The position numbers were made by a program, and so were the translations under genes. 64,000 bases of DNA from Cycas panzhihuaensis (lineage: Eukaryota > Plantae > Cycadophyta), in contig CM041465.1 in NCBI GenBank assembly GCA_023213395.1, positions 76,639,741-76,703,740 on the forward strand. Direction: 5' to 3'. Below are positions 23,866 to 35,900 of the stretch, piece after piece; the first letter of the stretch is position 1, and each line of letters begins with the position of its first letter. The notes beneath the pieces were generated by a model. The model worked only from the letters and a program-made list of their open reading frames with translations. It had not been told where the DNA came from and made no database searches.

Positions 23866-26650
23866 ACAAAATAAACCATAGCAAGAAAAAGACAAAAGAA
23901 GGCATAGCACAAAAACCATGTCAAGGCACTACAATTTAAAATTGGGGACTTAATATAGCTATTAAATGGTAAATTGTGAATGCATCAAGGAGAGTTAAGG
24001 ACGCATTGCAAATGGCCCTACATGATTAAAGGAGTTTATAAGAATGGCTCTATACAATTGAGGGAACTAGGAGGGCAATTGTTGCCCAACATGGTCAAAG
24101 GCAATAGACTAAAATCCTACAACAATTAAGGTAGGGAACCATTTGTGGCACAAGCAACTATCAGGTTTACTATAACATGTTGCTCAAGTCAAGGAAAACT
24201 AAAGTTGTCTTGGTATCAAGAATTCTTGATGCATAAATAGAAAATATTTAAAAATTTTAAAAACATAAAAATTGACCATAACTCTTATCAAATAAATAAT
24301 CGATAGATTAGGCCAGTGATGGTGGAAAGTATGACATAATAAAGCCAAATGAGCTAAAGAAGATCACTTAGGTCATTGTTCCAATGTGCTTAGCCACCAT
24401 TCCAATAATTTCAAGCCACCATTCCAAGATTCAAAGTCACTATTCCAAATGGTGAAGCAATTGCTCATTGTTCCCCCCCAAAAAAGGGAAATGAAGAAAA
24501 TATTTTGAATGAAAGTGACCATTTCAAAAGATTGAACATAAAGGGACTACTCCTAAACCACTCTAGTGGGGAATAGCCCGTAGAATACTACAATGAATGA
24601 AAATAAATAATTGAGTATAGAAGCAAAATTTGATTTGTTTTTCTAGAAAATTGAGTAGAGAAGGAATGAAGACACCACAAGCACTAGGGTTTAAAGTTTT
24701 TGCAACATTTGCATGCATCCAAGAGAGAATATTGATGCCCTTGCGAAAAGCAAATTTTTCAAATAGTTCCTCACAAATGGTTGAAGCAACAAGCATCCCA
24801 CAACAAGTGTTCCACAAGCATATAGTAAGCATTGAATAGTGTTCCATCCTACCACAACATTTTTCAATATTCCGATAGAGATTAAGCAGTATCCACTCAT
24901 TACAACATTCTTAAGTAAGAGACTAAAGTGCTACACTTTGTTGAAAGCATTCCATAGGATTTTTCTTGCCCTCCCATTCCAATAGTGTAGAAATTAGGGT
25001 TAAATGCCAATTGACGTCAAGGAGACATATCTACCAAAGCTGAGGAGAAAATCCAATTAGATGTTAGATAAATTTAAATCGTTGATTATTAGAATAGGTG
25101 GAGCAAGTATGTACAACTCTTGCTATTGTATTGGCATAAGGAAACAATGCAAACCATTATAAGGCTAGGGCCCCAAAACAAGGACAAATTTAAGATACCT
25201 ACCAATCTTATTTGGAAGTTAACAAGGTTACCCAAAACTACAGAAATGTTGTGGTGTCGCAAATGGAGTGATGCAAATTTGGAAGTTATTGCCTAGGCAT
25301 TGTGTAGACTATGGGCATAATTATATTCTAAGAGAATCAAAACCGAAGACCAAATGGATGGAATGTTACATTGGATAGGTAAAACATTCATGATGAGGTT
25401 CATAGGGAAGAAAAAGTTCACGTGTTGCCATGTGAGGACGCCCAAAGATTACAACAAGTGTAACAGGGCAATGCACTCATCTAGAGTGAGTTTTGGGCAC
25501 ATATATGTAAACAATAGTTGTAATAGCTTTGAGGACCAAAACAAATATTCAAACACCCATCCCTATTATTGGGTGTATCGTTCCTCAATGGAGCCACCAT
25601 ACATTATGGATAATTTGTGATTAATGAAATAGTGAATTTAGATATCTCCACGTAAATGCATGCTAAATGATATCAAGAGGCATCTATTGGCAGTAACAAG
25701 AACGATAGTAAGTTAGTCAAGAGGCATCTATTGGCAGCAATAAGAATGATAGTAAGTTAGCTCCATAAGGATGCAACATAACCATATAGGCCTAAGTAGA
25801 TAGCAAAGAAGAAAGCAAAAAGGCTATGATGCTAGGAGGAAGAGAAGTCTCAACAATTAGAGTTAAAACAAGCATTGGTATGTACACCCTTTCCATAATA
25901 GGCACCAATCCATCAAGACCCAAGCGAAGGAACATCTTAGGCAAGGGAAGCCACAGGCAATAAATTCTAATCGATGCAAAATTTATTGGATCAATTTCAA
26001 GGTCAATATAGTCAATTAAGTCGGTAGAAAGGTTATGAAGAAATAACAAGGTCATATGAGATAATTAAAAAATTAGAAAAAAAACACAAATATCAAAAGG
26101 TGAAGTAGGTACCAAAGTAGTGGAAATGCAAAACGTGATGAAGAAATGGGCCAACACGTTCAACAGTTATAAGGTGAACTGGCAACTAAGCAAGCACAAT
26201 TGTTAAGCTATAAGAGCAACCCAAAAAGCGAGGAGGAGAGTAACTCCAAAGAGAAAAACAAACTTTTTCACATTTTGGCAACCATGGACACATTTTGGGA
26301 GTTCAGCAAGGATACTCAACCATTTTGCAAACCCCAGCTAGACGTATGTGCTAGATTTAGGCATTTGGGCACTTGGAACAGATAGGAACGACTTGAGGGA
26401 TAGCTCAAACAAGTGAAATGGCAAAAACAAAAAACAAATCTACATAGGAAATGACTGGAACAATTGCAACAACAACCATTGAGGAACAGTTGCAACAAAA
26501 CGATTCATCTCTCAAAGAATGGTCAAAATGGCTAGTAGAACAACAGAACATTAGTGATAAACAAGAATGTTGGAACGATTAGAAAGGAATGATTGACACA
26601 AGTCAAACAACTAACAAAAAAAATTACACAACTACGATAGAATTCATACT
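23866..26650 (+). pseudogene. Continuation of the host gypsy element: integrase C-terminal tail and decayed extra 3' ORF
   Basis: QFKIGDLI*LLNGK...WPYMIKGVYKNGSIQLRELGGQLLPNMVKGNRLKSY* at about 23933-24129. The downstream AAAGTTGTCTT..TGCATAAATAG motif is shared with about 29670-29718, and *SEFWAHI..FKHPS occurs near 25480-25565. Confidence 0.7.
25673..25760. repeat. 44-bp tandem duplication
   Basis: TCAAGAGGCATCTATTGGCAG...GATAGTAAGTTAG twice. Confidence 0.9.
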
Positions 26651-27106
26651 ACATGACCATATGGATGTATGAATTAACAAAGCATCACATTTTGTTAAGG
26701 CCATGTTATGTAATAATGTCATTTATTATGTAAAGTCAAAACACGTGAGTAAAAGGTTATGCCATTTTGTATCGGGGCACCCAATCTAGGACATAAATAG
26801 GTCATTTCATACCTACTTTTGGTGAGAGGCAATTTAGTCAAGCATACCCAAAATAAAGGTAGCCTGGGAATTGTACTAAAGATAGCTTAAGCATTGTACT
26901 ACAACCATTGTTTAATGAATTATTGAGTTATGTGGAATATTGTGTACAATGTTGTAAATGTATGTATATTTGCTTGACTGTTTCTATGTACAACTATGCG
27001 TGTGTAAGACTTGACATGCAACATGTATGCGTATGAAGAGAATGATGCCAAATTGAAGAGAACACATGGTTATGGAGCTAATGGATGTTGTTGGGCCAAT
27101 TGGTGT

Positions 27107-27896
27107 TGTTATAGTCAAAATCAACACCTGTGTGCCCAAAGGTAGGAACGTATGGTCAATTGTGGTTTAATATGGCTAATAAATGCAGGAGAATCGTTCA
27201 GTAAGTATTTGGGATGAAGTACGGACGTGAAAACAATGAGCAGAGAAGACATAACACTATGCATTATGTCACAAGAATGCACTACAGTACGTAACATGCA
27301 AAGACAATCAAGGAACGCACAGGGAATTATTGCAAAACAAACAAGGCAGGAAGGAGCTACATGGATCAAACCATATGTATGCATGTGTGGATCGATTAAG
27401 CATCATATTGGTTTAATTCAGGATTAGTTATGAAGAGGCATGCATTACGTAAAAAGGACAATCGTGACTCCTGGTCGCAACCATTCCTTAACAGGGACAC
27501 ACGGCCTATTTAAACCTGTCCAATCAACCAAACTGGTGTGAGAGTTGAGTTATTCATTCCTATGTCATGTTCTCAAGGTGTGAGAGCTAAGTTCAGTGAT
27601 CTACTGGGCCTAATCTGGTATGAGTAACCAGCCAAGTAGATGTACAGATGATGTTATATGATAGAAAGTTATGTAAACATTGATTATTGCTTAATGGAAT
27701 TATGAAGTTACGAGGAACTTATGTGTGTATGTATGTAATGATGAATGCAAGATACTATATTGTGTTTGTGATCATATTGCGGACCTACGAGACATGATAT
27801 AGTACATTAATGTGTACATTGACCATAAGCACACCTTAGACTACAGTGTAAACCTTGACAAGTAAATATCTCAATAGGACAGATATTGAGTCAACA
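27107..27896 (+). repeat. 5' LTR (790 bp)
   Basis: Colinear direct repeat of 31536-32323. Confidence 0.92.
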
Positions 27897-29850
27897 ACAG
27901 TAGGTGGAAGTGGTTCCAGATAATGCATCCAGCACAACAATAGCCACCGCAGAAACATCTTCAACTTTTGATGAAGTCAATTTATATCACACAATGGAGG
28001 AGAATGTGAATATGAACAATCTTTAAGAATGCGAGCCAAACTTCTATGGAGAGTTACCATCAGAGACACCATCAGATGAAGGAGGTACGATAAACATGAT
28101 CAACTATTGGATGAATAATTCATACAAAGTGCAACCCCCCTCATATCATTGTAATTTGTTATCCATATGTTCCTTAATTAATAATAAATTAGATTATATG
28201 GGTCCCATTTGGAATAATGAATCTTTAAGTAATGAATTTCTAGTAAAAATAGAATTTGAGATAGATAGAAAAATACATGTAAAAATCCTACCTTCCAATT
28301 CCCTTCCCTATCCCAACTCCCACCCCTACCCCATTCCCAACCCTATATCCCCCAAGGTTGATCTGGGAGATATGGCCAATCTTCCCTCTGACCTTGACGA
28401 AAATTCCATTCTTACCCCTGCCTTGGGACAAACAACCAAGATAGAAATCCATCCCCATACCTCAACCCCCCCTGAAATCAATTCCCCAAATTCGCTCTTA
28501 GTCAACCCCCCAAGCAAAAATGAGATAAAGGGAAATCTTAATGAGTTGAATACAATACTACCCCAAGGGAACCTAGAAGAATCTCATCCTCTAAACTTTA
28601 TACTAGAAGATAAAACAGACTTGCAAAGAAATATGGCCATATTTCTAAGGGATAAGTTGGAAGGCACTGACCATCTGATTCGTTTCATGGAACATTGGTT
28701 ACAATTTAAGGTTTTCAACATAACTCAATAGGTTTTGAACTTCGTGCTTACCTTACATGACCAAGCATGGTGGTGGTACATAGCCCACCACCATATCCTT
28801 CGAACATGGAATGAATTACAATATGCATTTCGATTGAGATTCAATCCACCCCAAGGCATATTAATTTCAAGATTTTTGGTAGGAGAATGTCCCAACTAAT
28901 ACCTTATCAGATGTAAATGAGTATGGAAACATTAAAGTATTCCCAAATCTCAGTGAGATCATTTGTTTATTCACACACTACACACATTAGCGAAAAAATG
29001 GTTCCTAAAACAGAAATAAATTAGGGCAGTATCTTGGGACCAATTAGAGCATTCATTTGTAAATTCATTCTCTTACTCTTCAAATAATGAAGTGATACAT
29101 AGAGTATTACGAAACATAAGGGACATTAGTATGAAAGTAGAAAAGAATCTTATGTCAATTGGAAACACTATGGATACAAAGAACAATGAAAATGAGGAGG
29201 AGGAGGAGAAGGAAGTTCCCAACTCTCCTCCAAAATACACAGAGTTGCATTATGAACAACGGAACATAGAAGAGACCCCTGCCCATAAGTTAAGAGAATG
29301 TCTGTGGCAATTAATCCAACTCAATGAAGACAGATAGAAAGCAGAGTGGTTACAGGAGATCGAAAAACAAGACAAAAAACATGACACGACCACCATTTGA
29401 GAGCACCACAGTTCAGAGAAGGAGATCAAATTTTATTAAACAACAACAAATTCTGCACCTATCCAGGGAAGCCGAAACTACGATGGTTAGGCCTGTATCA
29501 ATTTGAACATATCTATGATAATGGATCTGTGCAATTACGAGAAATAAATGGATATATGCCGCCCACCCTAGTCAATGGCAGCAAACTCAAGCTCTATCAC
29601 CATTAGAGCATTGTTCCAGTAGGAATCAAGTGGATGTAGATCATGGATTGATTGCAGTTGCAGACAACAAAAGTTGTCTTAGTACTACATCCAGGATTCT
29701 ACACCGGTGCATAAATAGTTTAAAAAAAAAAAAGAAAAAAAAAATTAATGGGAAAAATCAACCATAACTCACAAAATCATACACTTAAGTAGAATCATGG
29801 ACAAAACAAAATACAATTCAGGCATTCATTCCATGTAATTACACTATACG

Positions 29851-30033
29851 TTCTAAATCCAGAACAAGAATGGAATGTACTAGTTAAAAAGGACTTAATA
29901 GACCAAGACACATTCTAAATTTGGAACAGTAATAGAACGTATCAGTTACAAAGAACCTCATAGACCAAGAATACATTCCAAATCTGGAATGGAATGGAAC
30001 ACATTAGTTAAAAAAGGGATCCAATAGACCAAA
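29851..30033 (+). repeat. About 62-bp tandem repeat x3 between the integrase tail and the extra ORF
   Basis: TTCYAAAT..GAA...TRGAA....AGTTA.AA......ATAGACCAA three times. Confidence 0.85.
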
Positions 30034-30360
30034 TTCGATTATACATTTTATGCGAACAGGATGTACCTAAAAAGGAAAGATTAAAACAACCAGAATCCAT
30101 ATCATCCTATGACCATTCTAGCAAAGGAACGCATATGAGCATACAATGATCACAGCCCAAATTAATACAATACCAGCAATCAACAAGTGCCATGGGAGGA
30201 AAATTAGCAAGGATGCATTCCATCCTCCATTTGAGACAGCAAACGCACTATTATACTATACATCTCAAGTAACGAACGAACTAGGGTTGTAATTTCTCTT
30301 ACATTTGTTTTCAATATTAAAACTTTCAATTACCTACGTTCCCTCCCCTTCAGCGATAGG

Positions 30361-31448
30361 ATGAAGATTGCAGGGATTCAAGAAACCTACTTATCGACAC
30401 TCCAGGTATAATTTGAAGAATTACCAGCCTCTTTCTAAGAGAAAATTAGACAAGCAACATGGGGGGATTTCATCTTGATGCCTTCATTATAGTGGGATTT
30501 CAAGCTTATGGAACAACTTATAATAGCTCTAAAAGCACATATAGGGAAGCTTGAAGTGAGTTCAGAAGTTATTCATTATGTTGCAGGGTTATTCAAAGAA
30601 TGAGAGGTTCCAACAGCCACAAAAAGGTTTGAGGTAGATTAGAAAATTTGGACTCTAGATTTATGCAATTCCAATACCCAAACTTACTCCGAAGAGATCA
30701 GAATTGCAGATATCCAAGACAGAAGGTTACAAAGGGCAGCAAAAATCATTGTGACCACATTTCTTTCAAAACAAAAACATACTTATATTCCATGCGGTAT
30801 GATGCCCATATTATCATCATTACATGATGAGGTTCCAATGAATTGATGTGAATTCCTGGCAAATAGCATAGAGTAGTAGTTTGGAAAATTACAAACTCAC
30901 CCCTTTTGACACCCATCATTCTTATTGGCCCTCTTGTTTTAGCAGTACCCAAATGCTAAACACCCATCCTTGCTTATCCACTGGGAACCTACAATTAAAA
31001 AATGGATAAACACCATGCCTACTACTACTCAAGATCAAGTAGTAAAAAGACAAGTGAAGGCAGAAATGGGCAAAATTCTACAATGGATTCAGCATAAGCC
31101 AGGAGTTCCTTTTCCTATATGGCCAAAACAAGTCACTAAAAAGGGTACCAAGTGAAGTAGAGAATAGCTTGAGGAAGAAACTGTGTCAAAAGAATGGAAA
31201 ATGGAGCCCCCGTATACATCGATGACTGAACTTGGAGAAGGTTCTTCTCAACAACTCTTAAGGGAAAAAGGGAAACAAATTATTCGACTTCTAAAAGAAC
31301 TGTAGCAAGGCCACCAAGCAGAGATTGCAAATTGGTAGGAGAAACTAAGGAAAAAGGACACCATTATAGCCACATTAACTCAGATTAATGAGGAACTACT
31401 ATGGGCCATGAGCCAACAGGGGAACCGGAATTGCAGGAGCAACTCTAA
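30361..31448 (+). pseudogene. Extra 3' ORF of the gypsy element, function unknown, decayed
   Basis: Reads MKIAGIQETYL...WGDFILMP...EVSSEVIHYVAGL...IRIADIQD...N*CEFLAN..HPSFLLAL...coiled-coil-like end, through stops and frameshifts. Confidence 0.6.
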
Positions 31449-31535
31449 ATTCAGAGAGGGAGCAAAATAATACAAAATTTTGAATTTTTGAATTTGAGCA
31501 AGGATGCTCAACCATTTTTATTGACCCGAGATAAA

Positions 31536-32323
31536 TGTTATGGTCAAGATCAACACCTGTGCGCCCAAAGGTAGGAACGTATGGTCAATTGTGGTTTAAT
31601 ATGGCTAATAAATGCAGGAAAACTATTTAGCAAGCATTCGGGATGAAGAACGAATATGAAAACAATGAATAGAGCAGACAAAACATTGTGTTCCATCACA
31701 GGAATGCATTACAGGCACAAAACGCATGCAGCACAATCAAGAAATGCTCAAGGAACTGCTATGGAATGTATAAGGTGAAGGAGCCACATGGATCAAATCG
31801 TATGGACGCACGTGTGGATCAACTAAGCATCATAATGGTTTAACTCAAGATTAGTTATGAAGAGGCATGCATTACGAAAAAGGGATGGTTGTGACTCCTG
31901 GTCACAATCGTTCCTCAACAAGGATGCACAACCTATTTAAACCTGTCCAATCAACCAAATTGGTATGAGAGCCAAGTTATTCATTCCTATGTCATGTTCT
32001 CAAGGTGTGAGAGCTAAGTCCAATAATCTATTAGGCCTAGTTTGGCACAAGTAACCAGCCAAGCAGATATACGGATGATGTTATATGATAGAAAGTTATG
32101 TAAACATTGATTATTGCTTAATGGAATTACAAAGTTACAAGGAACTTGCGTGTGTGTGGATGTAATGATGAATGCATGATATTCTATTGTGTTTGTGATA
32201 ATATTGTGGACTTATGAGGCATGATATAGTACATTAATGTGTATGTTGACCATAAGCACACCCTGGACTACAGTGGAAACCTTGACAAGAGAATATCTCA
32301 ATAAGACAGATATTGAGTCAACA
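31536..32323 (+). repeat. 3' LTR (788 bp)
   Basis: Colinear direct repeat of 27107-27896. Confidence 0.92.
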
Positions 32324-33609
32324 AGTGTGGCGATCTGCCAATCAAAAATACATGCATGTCCATATAAGCAAAATGTTACCATGTGACCTCTCTTTTAAGC
32401 ATTTAGAGCTAGTATAGACTTGAAAGAGTAAAATTCCTTATACAAGTTTTGTAAACTGCATCTATTTTATAGATATAAGCATGTGCTCTAAAATTTTAAA
32501 AATAAATTCTAACAAAAAAAGTTTAATAATCTTGAACTATATTTTGACAAATTAATTTGAAATTAATTCATGCATGTTCTTCTAATGTTACAACCCCGTC
32601 AACCTAAAAAGAAGCAATGATAATAGAATTGGGTGACTATAGTTATATATGGTTTATCAATAAGCACGTCAACAACTATTCAAACACAACGGTACTAATT
32701 GAAAGCACCCTAGCTCTTGTATCTTTCCAAAAAGTGGTTTCAAGGCACCTTTCCAATCTTGGAAAAGAAGAGAACATGACCATTTATTAAGCTTTCAACA
32801 AATGACATGGCATGTCTACTACCTCTTTAGCATACCTACATTCCTTCTTTATCTTGAGACACTACTCAGAGAACACTATGAATACTAAAAACAAAATGGT
32901 GTTGCCCTTTGCTCATCCACCTCCAATGTCTTCACCATATATAACTCGCAGCTTTCTTGTTTACGCTCTTTGGATTATACCAATTTTAGCATAATCTCTC
33001 CATATCCATTTTATTAAATTGGTCAAAACATGAGATTGGTGAGAATATGACAATATATAATCTTTAGCTTCTCCTATTGTTTGTTCAACAATTTAGCTCT
33101 CCTCTTAAAGCAAGATTTCAGATTGAGACTAAAGGCCATGGAATTCATCGACGACACATCCCTTTCTAACCTAAGTCAAGAGGGAAGGACATTGTTTAGA
33201 CCACCACATTTCTCAAAGGCTTCATTTGTCAGCTTGAAAGCATCTCATGAAAGCCTTGCAAACAGAAATTGAAGCAAGTCTTGAGAGTCCAAAATGAGGG
33301 ACCTTCATCCAACCAATGAACAGCTTTAGCAAAGTAGTATGAAATCCACCCATGCACACAAAAGGTAGTGAAGAAAGGAGGAAGAGGAAATCCAATTCAA
33401 ATTCGGTAGGATTAAAACATAAGGGTGTCGTTCCTCAAATTTCTCCACTGCAGAATTAAGGAAGAAATGATCATCTAAGAAGACACACATTCTAGATATA
33501 ACACCCATGTCATCAATTGCCAAATATTCAACCCTTTTGAAAAAAATTGGAGTTGTGTATTCTACATGTCTAATACAAGAGGAGATCATCCTGTGCTAAA
33601 CAGATTGAG

Positions 33610-33887
33610 AAAGACAGAAGAGGTGCCAAAGCATGGATGACAACCATACATAACAACACTATGCATGGTGTGCCATTGGGTAAACCCAAGAGAAACAATT
33701 TGCGAAAGACAGGAGTGTCAAAGCATGGATGACAGCCATACATAACAACATTATACATGGTGTGCCATTGGGTAGACCCAAGAGAAACAATTTGTAAAAG
33801 ACAGAAGGGTGCCAAAGCATGAATGGCAACCATACATAACAACATTATACATGGTGTGTCATTGGGTAAACCCAAGAGAAACAATTT
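33610..33887. repeat. About 93-bp tandem repeat x3
   Basis: AAGACAG...CAAAGCATG...CATACATAACAAC...CATTGGGTA.ACCCAAGAGAAACAATTT starts at 33611, 33706 and 33798. Confidence 0.95.
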
Positions 33888-34025
33888 CCTTTCACCACCC
33901 TACTAACAGCAACAATTACGATGAAAGCATCATGAACATTTGTCTTTGTGAGCTTGAGCAAGACAGCAAAGTATATAAAGACTTGAAATGTAGCCTTCTA
34001 GATATTTCACAGAAACTCATAAGAA

Positions 34026-34027
<2 letters not shown>

Positions 34028-34074
<47 letters not shown>
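34028..34074. repeat. Compound (GT)n(GA)n microsatellite
   Basis: Seen directly. Confidence 0.98.
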
Positions 34075-34605
34075 ATGAGAGAGAGAATAAAAACCTTAAT
34101 AAGATTAAGAACATCCAACAAGAACAATAAGCATACCAGAAGAATGTAATAGAGAAGACTCAGGAGTAAAGAAGCTACATGTCCTAGAAATACAAATATG
34201 TTTATATACTGCCAAACCAAGGGTATGTGCAAGCTCTTACAAAGATTCCAAGAACAATGATAAACAAAAGAATATTCCTTTTCTTAAATGGCATACAAAA
34301 AGTGAGTTCTGTCCCACATTTAATGCCCCGTCAATCACTACCGTTCAAGCCTTTTATTTACTCGGTTTTTATGGGAACCTTTCAACCGTTTCTTTTGACA
34401 AAAGCCATTTCCAACTGCCCTGCACCTATCTGAATTGGCCATGTAAGATTGATAAGGAATGGTTGGTGAACCTCAAGTAAAGAATAACTTCAGTCACTTG
34501 CAAAAATTTGAGAAGTGGGGCAAAAAATAAGGTAACTTAGAAACACAGCAATATGAAATTTCTAAAATCTGTCCAAGAAATCTACCCATAAAATATGCTC
34601 AACAA

Positions 34606-34735
34606 ATGCTTGGGCTTATAAAATGCATACAGGAAATCTGCATAAAATCTGTTGACTAAAAACTCTTAGCATGCTTGGGCTTATAAAATGCATACAGGAA
34701 ATCTGCATAAAATCTGTTGACTAAAAACTCTTAGC
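34606..34735. repeat. Perfect 65-bp tandem duplication
   Basis: ATGCTTGGGCTTATAAAATG...CTCTTAGC at 34606 and 34671. Confidence 0.97.
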
Positions 34736-34838
34736 ATGAGCTATTGTCAAATAAATCAGGGTTTAGTAAAAACACAAAAAAAAAGACTTTGGCAAAAAAT
34801 GTACCGTCAACATGCAAGAAATGGTGGCCTAGAAATAG

Positions 34839-35114
34839 CATCAAACTTTATCAAATTTGAGACAGGCCTAGATAAACTATGGCATTGAATGGCAAGCCTT
34901 AGCAAACCAGTTTTCTCCCAATCTTTTCAAAACCATGTTGCACAAGTTTCACAAAACACCAAAGTGAACAAAGAAACATGCATCAAACTTGAAGATAGAC
35001 TTAGATAAACTATGGCATCGAATGGCAAGCTTTAGTAAACCAGTTTTCATTCAATCTCTTCAAAACCATGTTGCAGAAGTTATACAAAACACCAAAGTAA
35101 ATAAAGAAACATGC
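34839..35114. repeat. About 135-bp imperfect tandem duplication
   Basis: GCATCAAACTT...TAGATAAACTATGGCAT...AAAGAAACATGCA twice. Confidence 0.92.
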
Positions 35115-35746
35115 ACCATAGCATTACAATAGATGAATTTTGTTTTAAGGATCAAAGAGGCAAACACCTACCAAAGAAAGGCAGGGGAATAGTCAAAGAA
35201 CATCATGGGCAAAGGACTAAAGGAATCCAAAATGTGAAGAGATCTCGCATAAAAATACATATATTCGATACCCATCCCTATTCAGCACTAACAATCACAT
35301 TTCTCGTTCTTAAATCATTGGGGATTCAAGTGCTAAACATTAAGTTTCTTGCCTTCTAATTTGAATTTATCCGCAATCCGTACATGGAATAAGAACGCTC
35401 CTATGGAATATCAAAATCCCAATGAAGATCGTAAATCAGAGAAAGTTTTAATCACTGTCCCACTATGTGCATAAAAGAAAGCCATCAATCTCTTAGGTGC
35501 ATCATAACTGTACTTCAGAAACAAATCCTGGCAGAAGTAAGGTAAGTCGTTTATTATTTACCTTGAACATCGATGAATGTGATTTGTAAGGTGTTCCAAA
35601 TAAAAGAAAACCGCACTGCTACCATCTGCCTTAAGATAGCATAAACAAATATAAGAATACCCAAGAATAAAAAGTCTGACTCAGAACACTCCAAGTGACA
35701 AACAGACCTCACTTGAAACCTCAGATTTTCCTCGCCTGCAGATCAA

Positions 35747-35787
35747 TCAGCCCTCCGGTCCACCAGCAGCAGCAGCAGTCTTCTTCC
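35747..35787 (-). CDS. Probable short last coding exon of the bZIP gene (GKKTAAAAGGPEG*)
   Basis: Phase-1 donor AAAG|GTAC at 35900 and acceptor CTCTTATTCAG at 35788 define a 113-nt intron. The frame continues to TGA at 35747-35749, giving a 283-aa product. Confidence 0.6.
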
Positions 35788-35900
35788 CTGAATAAGAGGG
35801 GTTTCAAAACAAACGTTGTAATTGCCAAAATTTTCTCACCTGTCCAACAAGTAAAGAACACAGAGGCTTAATTAAGGTTCTGTTAACACAGCAAGTGTAC

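Larger units (their letters stand above)
27107..32323 (+). mobile_element. Non-autonomous Ty3/gypsy (non-chromovirus, Athila/Tat-like) LTR element lacking RT, RNase H and integrase core
   Basis: LTRs 27107-27896 and 31536-32323 (TGTTAT...TCAACA) with TSD GGTGT/AGTGT. Internally: Gag-like modules, an integrase tail (FREGDQILL..PGK.KLRWLG..NGSVQL..VNGSKLKLY) and an extra 3' ORF. Confidence 0.88.

Noticed and set aside
28096-28731. 211-aa Pro-rich ORF as a host gene
   Set aside because: It lies between paired LTRs and is in frame with retroelement linker and Gag-like sequence.
32640-33590. Possible pseudogene or transposase remnant on the minus strand
   Set aside because: Only short open stretches, and no motif I can identify with confidence.
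33610-33887. Regular repeats resembling a CRISPR array (also 23578-23700 and 29851-30033)
   Set aside because: The units are head-to-tail with no unique spacers, there are no cas genes, and the context is eukaryotic.
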